Positions 39,370 through 48,200 of a DNA stretch of 64,000 nucleotides are shown here, one piece after another. Source of the stretch: Nitrospirota bacterium (lineage in GTDB: Bacteria > Nitrospirota > UBA9217); NCBI GenBank assembly GCA_963840455.1, contig CAWIYV010000001.1, positions 1 to 64,000 on the forward strand, written 5' to 3'. The notes under the pieces are model-generated. The model did not search any database, was not told the origin of the DNA, and saw only the letters and a list, made by a program, of their open reading frames with translations. The first letter of the stretch is position 1, and every line of letters starts with the position of its first letter. Both the position numbers and the translations under genes were made by a program.

Positions 39370-40704
39370 CTAGTTCTTCTTCTTGGCGAGCTCGCGCTTC
39401 GCCCGTTTGACCCATTGGACCATCGGCCGGTTGGCCGGGCAGACGAAAGTGCAGGAACCGCACTCGAAACAGTCCATGAGGTTGTAGTCCTTCGCGTCCT
39501 CGTAGTGGCCCTTCTCGATGAACAGGCCAATGAGCGATGGCTGGAGGTGCATGGGACAGGCGTCGATGCACCGCGCGCAGCGGATGCAGGGGCCGTAGGA
39601 CTTGGTGCTCACCTCGGCCTTCGGAAGGACCAGGATGCCCGACGTTCCCTTGATGACCGGAACTTCCATATTATACTGGCTCATGCCCATCATGGGGCCG
39701 CCGGCAATGACCTTGGCGGCATCGTCGGTCAGGCCTCCCGCCTCCTCGAGCAGCTGGGAGAACGGCGTGCCGATGCGCGCCAGGAAGTTCTTGGGTTCCT
39801 TCACGCCCCGGCCGGTAACGGTCACATATCGCTCGATGAGCGGCCGACCGTACCGCACGGCATCATAGATCGCTGCCGCGGTCCCGACGTTCTGGACCAC
39901 CACGCCCACGTCCATGGGCAGCCCACCCGCCGGCACGGTCCGGTTCGCGATCGCCTTGATCAGCATTTTCTCGGCGCCCTGAGGGTACTTGACCTGCACA
40001 GCGAAGACCTCGACGTCCGGAGAGCCGGCTGCGGCCTTTTTCATTGTCTCCACGGCGTCGGGCTTGTTCGCCTCGATGCCAATGTAGCCTTTCTTCACGT
40101 TCAGGATCCTCATGAGGATCTTAAGGCCTTCGACGATCTCTTTGGGCTTTTCCACCATGAGCCGGTGGTCCGAGGTAAGGTAGGGTTCGCACTCTGCGCC
40201 GTTCAGGATGATGACATCGATGGGTTTTTCCTTGGGCGGGGAGAGCTTCACGTGTGTCGGGAACGTCGCGCCGCCCATGCCGACAATGCCGGCCTCGGAC
40301 ACCATCTTCTTGAGCTCATCAGGCGAGAGCTGCAGATAGTCCGTCGTTTCCTTGAGCCCGGCGACCCACTCGTCCTTGCCGTCGCTCTCGATGACCACGG
40401 CGGCCATGTCCGTCCCCATCGAGTGCGGGAAGCTCCCGATGGCGGTCACCTTGCCGGACACGGTGGCGTGGACCGGCGCCGATACGAAGCCGCCGCTTTC
40501 GCCGATCTTCTCCCCCTTCTTGACCTCCTGGCCGATGACGACGAGGGGCTTCGTGGGGGCTCCGATATGCTGGCTTAACGGAATGACGACTCGCTTCGGG
40601 ATGGCTGCTGTTACGGTGGGCTTGTGGGAGGTAAGCTCTTTGTTGCCTGCGGGATGCACGCCGCCGCTGAAGGTGGCGCTGGTCTTAACGCTTGTTGCTT
40701 CCAT
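39370..40704 (-). CDS. rnfC: Rnf complex subunit C
   Basis: Motifs GIVGMGGATFPTHVKL, NGAECEPYLTSD, YPQGAEK, GGPMMG, and two 4Fe-4S motifs. Confidence 0.95.
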   Translation of the reverse strand: MEATSVKTSATFSGGVHPAGNKELTSHKPTVTAAIPKRVVIPLSQHIGAPTKPLVVIGQEVKKGEKIGESGGFVSAPVHATVSGKVTAIGSFPHSMGTDMAAVVIESDGKDEWVAGLKETTDYLQLSPDELKKMVSEAGIVGMGGATFPTHVKLSPPKEKPIDVIILNGAECEPYLTSDHRLMVEKPKEIVEGLKILMRILNVKKGYIGIEANKPDAVETMKKAAAGSPDVEVFAVQVKYPQGAEKMLIKAIANRTVPAGGLPMDVGVVVQNVGTAAAIYDAVRYGRPLIERYVTVTGRGVKEPKNFLARIGTPFSQLLEEAGGLTDDAAKVIAGGPMMGMSQYNMEVPVIKGTSGILVLPKAEVSTKSYGPCIRCARCIDACPMHLQPSLIGLFIEKGHYEDAKDYNLMDCFECGSCTFVCPANRPMVQWVKRAKRELAKKKN

Positions 40705-40776
40705 TCGTCCGCACCTCGATCCGGGGGGATTTATATATGAAAGTAAAACGGAAATGCTGTTTAAAAGACCGCGGAA

Positions 40777-40805
40777 TTTATAGCAGATGCTACGGAAAGT
40801 GTCAA
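40777..40805 (-). promoter_or_regulatory. Sigma70-type promoter of the rnf operon
   Basis: TTGACA-17 nt-TATAAA on the minus strand. Confidence 0.65.
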
Positions 40806-40929
40806 GTTAATTTTGGTTGTTTCGGTTTGCGAGAACTGCCTGAAAAGAAATAAAAAAACCCGGAACGACCTGTTCCAGTCAGAAACGGGTGTTCCGGGTC
40901 ATATGCATAACGTCAATACGGCGCCGGTC

Positions 40930-41157
40930 CTAGGCGACCTGCATTACTTCCTTCACTTCGGGAAGCTGCTGTTTCAGGAACTTCTCCACGCCCATCTTGA
41001 GCGTCATGGTGGACATGGGGCAGCCTCCGCAGGCACCTTTCAACCGCACCTTCACCACCCCTGTGTCGTCGAAGCTGACGAGTTCGATATCCCCGCCGTC
41101 CCGCTGGAGCGCCGGGCGGACCTGTTTGAGCGCATCTTCAAGCTGTTCTTTTGTCAT
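40930..41157 (-). CDS. NifU/NfuA C-terminal domain Fe-S carrier
   Basis: VRPALQRDGGDIELV...LKGACGGCPMSTMTLK. Confidence 0.93.
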   Translation of the reverse strand: MTKEQLEDALKQVRPALQRDGGDIELVSFDDTGVVKVRLKGACGGCPMSTMTLKMGVEKFLKQQLPEVKEVMQVA

Positions 41158-41304
41158 GGTAGGAAACCTCCTTAAATATCGTTGCTCGGGAATTGCCTGT
41201 TCAAGGTGATTATACTCTGTTCCGGTCCTGTTTCAAAGAGTTTTTTGTACATTTCGAAATAAGCTTGCCTGCTGACCCGATTTCAGGCTTGTCAGCTTGT
41301 CTGC

Positions 41305-41334
41305 TTGACAGCATATCGGCGAACGACCTATAAT
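41305..41334 (+). promoter_or_regulatory. Consensus sigma70 promoter for crcB
   Basis: TTGACA-18 nt-TATAAT, 6 nt before the GTG at 41341. Confidence 0.75.
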
Positions 41335-41340
41335 GCATCC

Positions 41341-41715
41341 GTGACGAACATCCTGATCATCGGCATCGGAGGCTTCGTGGGTGCCGTTTCCCGGTACGGC
41401 CTCGCCCTCTGGATCGGACAGCGCTGGGGCCGGGCCTTCCCGCTCGGCACCTTCGTGATCAACGTGAGCGGAAGCTTCCTCATCGGACTGCTCATGACCC
41501 TGATGGCGGAGCGGTTCACGGTGAATCCCCAGTGGCGGCTCCTGCTCGTCGTCGGGTTCCTGGGCGCCTACACCACCTTCTCCACGTTCGAATACGAGAC
41601 CGGCTCCCTGCTGAAGGACGGCGAGTGGACCTTCGCCATGCTGAACGTCATCCTGAGCGTTGTCGCGGGATTCGTCGCGCTCAAGCTGGGAGAGGTAATT
41701 GCAAAAGCGATATGA
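41341..41715 (+). CDS. crcB: Fluoride channel CrcB/Fluc
   Basis: Motifs GGFVGAVSRY, FPLGTFVINVSGSF, GFLGAYTTFSTF. Confidence 0.96.
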   Translation: MTNILIIGIGGFVGAVSRYGLALWIGQRWGRAFPLGTFVINVSGSFLIGLLMTLMAERFTVNPQWRLLLVVGFLGAYTTFSTFEYETGSLLKDGEWTFAMLNVILSVVAGFVALKLGEVIAKAI

Positions 41716-41828
41716 GTTCAATGTTTCATGTTTAAGTGCGGGAATATACAGGGTCCAGAATTTTACCGGTAGCAAGCTTACACTTTGAACTCTGCAACTC
41801 TGAACGTTAAACGGATGAAGGAGTTATT

Positions 41829-42158
41829 ATGCTCAAATCCGGACCGGCAAAGAAGCTCACCATCTATCTCGACGAGTCGGACAGGGTCCATGGCAAACCT
41901 GTGTACGAGGTCCTGCTCGACATCTTCTTTAAAAGGAAGATCTCCGGCGCCAGCGTGTTCCGAGGCATCGAAGGCTACGGACATGACCGGGTGTTCCACA
42001 CCGCGAAGATCCTCGAGCTTTCCACAACCCTACCGGTCAGGGTCGAGGTCGTGGACACGCCCATCAAGATCGACGAGATCCTGCTCGAGATCACCCCCAT
42101 TGTTCATAAGGGGCTCATCACGGTGAGCGATACACAGGTGATAAAAGCGGGAAGCTGA
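41829..42158 (+). CDS. DUF190 PII-like protein, commonly linked to crcB
   Basis: Motifs IYLDESD..HGKPVY, GASVFRGIEGYG, LSTTLPVRVEVVD. Confidence 0.9.
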   Translation: MLKSGPAKKLTIYLDESDRVHGKPVYEVLLDIFFKRKISGASVFRGIEGYGHDRVFHTAKILELSTTLPVRVEVVDTPIKIDEILLEITPIVHKGLITVSDTQVIKAGS

Positions 42159-42256
42159 AACCAGCTCGACATTCAAGGTTCAATCAATGAGCACCAAAGC
42201 AGACTCAAGGTTCGAACCTTAGTTCGCGGTCATCAATTTTCAAGGCGCTCTCTGCA

Positions 42257-42902
42257 ATGCCCAAGGATTTCACCAACCGACCCTTTGACAAGCTGAAAAA
42301 AGCAGCTCGAACGACGGCCGCCGCCAGCACCCGCACCCCCGCCGCCGCCGGTTCCGGACTCAAGACCCCTTACGGAGGATGAACTTTTTACACACGCCAT
42401 GACCGATGTCCAGGTGATCGAAGCGTTCCGGGTGCTGCCCTGCGCTAGGTTATCCCGGCGGGAAGCCCCGTCACGGGAGACGCGGGACCCTGATGACGAT
42501 GCCCTTGCCATCCTCAGGCAGATCGCCGAGGGTAGCCATCCCATCAATCTGTCGGACACGCAGGAATACATCGAGTGGACCAATCCCGAGGTGCCTGGTG
42601 AGGTCATCGGGAAACTGCATACCGGGCAATTCTCGGTGCAGGGCTATCTCGATCTCCATGGCTATACCGGTGATGAGGTCAACGAGACGCTCGACGCGTT
42701 CCTTGCAGAAGCGTTCCAGCGGGACTGGAAATGCGTCAAGGTCATCCATGGCCGGGGTTTGCGTTCGGTGAAGGGGCCGGTGCTGAAGGACGCGGTCGTC
42801 CGGAGGCTGGTGGGACGGTATCGGAAGCAGGTGATCGCCTTCGTCAGCGCGCGGCAATGCGACGGAGGGCTCGGCGCGCTGTATGTACTGCTGCGCCGGT
42901 GA
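42257..42902 (+). CDS. Smr/MutS2-C domain protein, with an apparent +1 frameshift in the A6 run at 42296-42301
   Basis: Motifs LDLHG, IHGRGLRS, DGGLGALYVLL. The plausible N-terminus MPKDFTNRPFDKLKK lies in another frame and joins if A6 is read as A5. Confidence 0.85.
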
Positions 42903-42959
42903 TTCAATATTCCAGATTCATGGTTCTTGAATGCCTGTATATTGAATGATCTTTACTCT

Positions 42960-43604
42960 TTACTCTTTCCAACCCTTCGCTCCGATGAGCGGAACGAACA
43001 CACAGGGGATGCTCGTTTTCGTGACCACGCCCGATGGCGATTTGATGACCTTCATCAGGACCTGGGAGTACCGTTCGCCAACGGGGATCACCAGCCTCCC
43101 GCCGTCCTTCAGCTGCTCCACCAGGGTGTCGGGAACGTCGGGTGCCGCAGCGGTGACGATTATAGCGTCGAAGGGCGACATCTCCTTCCACCCATAGGTC
43201 CCGTCGTAGACCTTCATGACCACGTTCTTGTAGCCCAGCCGGTCGAGCGTTGCCCGAGCCTTGTCGGCAAGGGTCTTCACCCGTTCGATGGTGAATACCT
43301 TCTGGCACAGCTCGGCGAGCACCGCGGCCTGGTAGCCCGACCCGGTCCCGATCTCGAGGACCCGCTCATCGCCCTTGAGCTCCAGGAGCTCGGACATAAG
43401 CGCAACGATGTAGGGCTGGGAGATGGTCTGGCCCTCTCCGATGGGCATGGCGTGGTCGCCGTAGGCCTGCGCCCGCAAGGCCTCGGGCATGAACTCGTGG
43501 CGAGGCACTTTGCCCATGACGGCCAGGACCCGGGGGTCCGTGACGCCGCGAAAGGCGATCTGCTCGTCCACCATGCGGCTGCGTTCTTTTTCGAAATTGA
43601 TCAT
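42960..43604 (-). CDS. pcm: Protein-L-isoaspartate O-methyltransferase
   Basis: Motifs QTISQPYIVA, VLEIGTGSGYQAAVL, PFDAIIVTAA, FVPL. Confidence 0.96.
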   Translation of the reverse strand: MINFEKERSRMVDEQIAFRGVTDPRVLAVMGKVPRHEFMPEALRAQAYGDHAMPIGEGQTISQPYIVALMSELLELKGDERVLEIGTGSGYQAAVLAELCQKVFTIERVKTLADKARATLDRLGYKNVVMKVYDGTYGWKEMSPFDAIIVTAAAPDVPDTLVEQLKDGGRLVIPVGERYSQVLMKVIKSPSGVVTKTSIPCVFVPLIGAKGWKE

Positions 43605-43632
43605 GTTTGGCTCAGCTTGCAGGCTTGCGGCG

Positions 43633-44409
43633 TTATTTTAGCTCTTCATGTTTCACGGGCTGCTCATAAGCGAGCATTTCGGCAGGCTTGAGAGCATCAA
43701 ATGCGGCATAGTCGGTAAGGTCCAGGTGCAGGGGCGTGATCGAGACCATACCCCGGTCGATGGCGTCGAAGTCCGTTCCCGGCTGGCGCTCCCACTCCGG
43801 CTCCCCTCCCCCGATCCAGTAGTACTTCTTTCCGCGCGGATCGACCCGCTCCACGGTCATCTGGTGGTAGATGCGCTTGCCAAGCCGGGTGAGCGTCGTC
43901 CCCTTTATCTCCGGGAGCGGCAGGTTCGGCACGTTCACGTTCAGGAGCGTCCCTTTGGGAAGGCCCTGCGCAAGGACCAGCCGGGCGACCTGCAGGCCGA
44001 CCTCGGCGGCTTCGGCGAACAGGAAGTTCTCGCGGGCGGAGAGCGAAATGGAGAAGGAGGGAACGCCCAGGATCAGCGCCTCGATGGCGCCGGCGACCGT
44101 GCCCGAATAGGTCACGTTGTCGCCCATGTTGGGCCCCTTGTTGATGCCCGAGACCACGAGCTTCGGCACTTCTTTCAGGAGACCTTTGACCGCGATATTT
44201 ACGCAATCCGTCGGCGTGCCGTTCACGCTGTAGACGCCATCCTTCAGCTGCTCGATGAGCAGCGGCCGGTGGAGCGTCATGGAATGACCGGCCGCGCTCC
44301 GCTCCCGGTCCGGCGCGACGATGACCACTTCGTCAAGGGCTTTCAGGCGCTTTGCGAGAAGTTGGATGCCGGGTGAATAGACACCGTCATCGTTCGTTAC
44401 GAGGATCAC
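43633..44409 (-). CDS. surE: 5'/3'-nucleotidase SurE
   Basis: Motifs ILVTNDDG, GTPTDCV, SGINKGPNMG, YSGTVAGA. Confidence 0.96.
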   Translation of the reverse strand: MILVTNDDGVYSPGIQLLAKRLKALDEVVIVAPDRERSAAGHSMTLHRPLLIEQLKDGVYSVNGTPTDCVNIAVKGLLKEVPKLVVSGINKGPNMGDNVTYSGTVAGAIEALILGVPSFSISLSARENFLFAEAAEVGLQVARLVLAQGLPKGTLLNVNVPNLPLPEIKGTTLTRLGKRIYHQMTVERVDPRGKKYYWIGGGEPEWERQPGTDFDAIDRGMVSITPLHLDLTDYAAFDALKPAEMLAYEQPVKHEELK

Positions 44410-44641
44410 AGAGCACTCCTTTCAAGTGCAGTTAAGGGCTCGTCGGCGCACAAGCTTGCATGCTTATGCGATAATAGGCTGAGGTTTGGATAGACTGCGC
44501 CAACTTACTGTTTCCCCGGCTGCAAAGGTAACAGTTTTTTCTGGTCGCTATATATAGCCAAGCCAGTCATATGAGTCTTTAACCGATTTATCTTATAGCA
44601 CGATTTATTTTACATTACTAGCAGTCTCTACCGGAATTTCC

Positions 44642-44900
44642 TTATACACCTTCATTCGTGCCGTTCTGACCTGCTCCTGCAAGAAGGCGCCCATAGAGCG
44701 GCTCAATATGATCACACATACGTTTTGCGCTAAACTCACTTGACCGAGCCAATGCTGCTGCGCCCATCGTATCCTGTCCATTGGGATCAAGCAGCAAAGG
44801 AATGATCATGGCTGCCTGTGTACTCGGATCGGCTGGAGGGACCAGCCGGCCCGACTTGCCATCTTCTATCAGTTCCGGTAGACCGGTAACGACCGATGCG
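44642..44900 (-). pseudogene. C-terminal fragment of a GT4 glycosyltransferase
   Basis: Pattern GLPELIEDGKSGRLVPPADP...MGAAA...FS...M....EPLY; the N-terminus is missing. Confidence 0.65.
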
Positions 44901-45136
44901 GCGACTTCAGGCCAACCTCGACCGCAGCTGCGAACCAGAAATACTAGCGGTCGGGAAGAGAGATGGCGAATGAAGGTATGTTGAGGATCAGCGTTTCGAT
45001 TGATACAGCGACCGTCCCTGAGTAGGCCACGTCGTCGCCTAGGCTCGGGCACTTGTGGAGTGCCGTTCACGCTACAAACGCGCTACGCGCTCCATCTCCC
45101 TCTCCCGATATTTCCGCAGGGTGATCTACAGAAAAT

Positions 45137-45168
45137 AAAAGCCGCTGACAATTTTATCGGCGGCTTTT
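45137..45168. terminator. Bidirectional terminator after the DUF11 cluster
   Basis: AAAAGCCGCTGA-N8-TCGGCGGCTTTT. Confidence 0.75.
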
Positions 45169-45206
45169 GTCATTCTTTCCCGGTTTCCGAGGTCGCCTGC
45201 CCCACC

Positions 45207-48200
45207 CTACTGTCCGGTAATCCACTTCACCGCGTCGCGGACCGAAGCTTGGTCGAACTTCATCCGGAGCTTGACGAAAGGACCTTCAGCCGTGAAGTCC
45301 GCCTTCGAGAAGTCCCGGTCCATGAAGCCGATGAAATTGTATCCCACGCTGATCCAGAGGTTCATGGCCGCCTGGAGGCCCACCGACGCCTGCGTACTGT
45401 AGTCCGTCTGGCCGATGGCAAGCGATCGGAGCATGCTGACGCGCATCCCCACGTCCACCTTTTTCGTGATGTCGTACCGCCCCTCGATGCCGGTCAGATC
45501 CGTGTAGCCGCGGTAGTCGTTCTTTTCGATGGTCTCGCTCACGAACTTGGAGCCGTACTGGAAGGACCACTGCGTCCTGCCCTCGAGCTTGAAGTTCAGC
45601 ACGAAGTTATTCACCACCCGCCAGTTCTCGTAGGGCAGGTCCACGCCCTTCTGCTCCGCCTGAAGGAAGTCGAGCCGGTCGAGGAAGATGACGCGCGTCT
45701 CTAGAGGCCGGTAGGCCGCGCCGAGGCGGAGATCTCCTGAGAAGCTGACCGGTCCCGCAACGTTGACGGTCCGGAAGGTCTGGAGGCCCGCAGCAAGCGC
45801 GAGGCCGTTGCCCACCTCTCCGTTTGCGCCCCCGAAGACACCGAGTTTGTCTTCCGTCGTCGACCAGCGCTCCTCGACGCGGCCGGTCCACGACCACCGG
45901 TCAGCCCTGTACGCCGCGCCGAGGAAAACAGCTGTGAAGTCCTCGGTGCCACCCGACGCTGGCGGGACGTTCGTGTTCATCGAGTACTCGCCCGTCTTGT
46001 GGATCGTGGCTGACCGGTCGAAACCGGTATCAAGGCTCCACCGGCTGGTCAGCTGCCAGGCCTGCTTCAAACCGGTGGTGGCGAAGAGCCGGTTGCCGTT
46101 TTCCGTGGTCTGCTGCTCCATGGTCTGATTCAGCTGGGCGCCAGTCCAGGGGGCTGACCGGATGCCAACGCGGGACGTGGCCGTGTTCGCCTGAATGCCC
46201 CGCGTTACTTCCTGGTCCGCAAAGAGCGTTGTGTTCTTGGTGAGCAGGTAGTCCATTCCCACGGTCGTGCGCGTCGGGAAGTCCACGCTCGAGTCGGAAC
46301 TGTTCAGGGTCTGATCGTGCTGGATGCGGCCGGCCAACCGCTGGGAGAACTGGTATTTCGCGCCAAGGAAGATCTGCTCGGAACGGTGAACCTCACCCGT
46401 GCCGAGCGTGTCCTCGGCGTGCCGCAGCCCGGCGAAGACCTCATAGCCCGGCATGGCGTAGCGAGCCCGCGCCTCGGCCATGTCGCGCACCGCGCCAGTG
46501 GAGAGGTTCTCCTGACGGAAGACCTCGCCACCCAGGGACCAGGGTTGGTTGATGCGGTACAGCAGATCGCCGCCGACCTTGCGCGTTCCGGTTTCGCTGC
46601 CGTTCTGCTGGCCCACCCCGAAGCCGGGCTCCTGCTCGCGGACATACACCTTCCCTTCCGCCTGCTCGGAGCGGTGCTGGATCTCGGCAAGGTACGCCGA
46701 GCCTTCAATTGTAGTCCCGGCATTATCGCTCGAGGACCGAGCGGCCTCGGCGCGCAGCGTCGTGGACGGTGTCAGCCGGACCGAAGCGTCTACGCCGGTC
46801 AGGTTATTCTCGAGGCCCCGCGCCCCTTCATGGGCATGGGTCACGCCGACCTGGCTGCGCCGATCCAGCGAGTTCACGGCTACGCGGCCGCCATAGGTGT
46901 ACGACGTGTTCGAGGGATCGAAAGTCTCGTACTCGGTCACGATGTACACGGGGTTGAAGTTCTCGTCGCGGCTCTGCACGGGGGACTTGAAGAACAGCGT
47001 GCCGGACTCGTAATCGATGGTGTAATCCACATTCCGGCTAAGCCGCTGGGCCGACACGATCACCTCGCTCTTGAACCGGTCGCGGGCCTCGATCGTGACG
47101 GACTCCGAGTTCAGCACGATGTTCCTGCGTGACAGGTGGTAGAGGCCCGATGTACCGTCGCCGCGGAGCTCGTCCTTCACGTGCGCCTGATCGGTGTCCG
47201 CCGCGAAGACGGTGTACTCGAAGCGGTCGCCCTTCATCTCGGACTTCACGCCCGTTAGGTTCCTACTGTACCGGGATAGCTCGGTCATCGTCAAGCCCGT
47301 GGCGTAGTCGCCGAAGAGAGCATAGAACTGGCCTCGCTCCAGCTTGACATACACATGCTTGGCGCTCGGTGCGTCGTTCAGCTGCTCCGTGGCGTCGCCG
47401 TACAGCATATAGTACTTGTTCGGGTCAATGTACTGATACATGTTTCGCCGGCCGCCTGGTTCCTTCGCGCTGTCGTAGGCCGCGGTCAGGAGCCACTCGC
47501 CCTTGATCACGCCCTTGGTGTAGAAGGCCACGCGACCCTCGTGGTAGAGGTCGTCCGAGCCGCCCGTGGCGCCGAAGGACTCCATGTTCCCGGTCACGAT
47601 ATTGTATCCCACCGTGCCTTCGGCAAGGCCGACGAGCACCCAGTCGCGGGCCTCGGGCCGGAGCCACGCGCGAACCTCCTGGGACCCCGACGCGAGCGGA
47701 ATGCGCACCACCGCCTCGCCGGACTGCGTCGTCGGCGCCAGCTCGATCAGGGCGATACCATCGGCGCCCACCTGGTAGCGTATCCGGTCCGTGGCCGGGC
47801 CGGAGATCGGCGACTGCTGGAGCTGGGCCGCGCGCTGCTGCGCGAAATGCGGCGGATCCACCGTAAACTCACCGGCGATCCCCTCGCGCGCCGGATGACC
47901 GTCCTTGTCCAGCAGGCGCACCGCGATGGCCGGGGGGGTGATCCCATCAGCGAGCAGCCGCGACCGTTCGGGGACGAAGACCGCTGCCACGGGGTTTCCG
48001 GAATAATGGACAATCCGGAACATCTGATGGAGCACGGTGCCCGCCTCGTCCCTGACCACGACCTCGAAGCGGTTGTCGCCCTCAACGATGTTGATACCGC
48101 TCCATGTGCTCACCGCCAGACCGCCGTCGCCCCGCTTTAGAGTGCCTTCGAAATATATCGGGTCCACGGGCTTTCCGTCTTGCAGAAGCGTGAGGCGGTG

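Noticed and set aside
39317-39571. N-terminal extension of RnfD given in the ORF track
   Set aside because: It overlaps rnfC out of frame; an RBS (GAGG) precedes the ATG at 39316.
41233-41340. Fluoride riboswitch upstream of crcB
   Set aside because: No GGxGATGG...CGCC/TGATG pattern is seen, and the promoter sits 6 nt from the start codon.
44410-44640. Duplicated tRNA-Pro 3' end (att site) near surE
   Set aside because: Only a 6-bp match (TGGTCG) was found, which is chance level.
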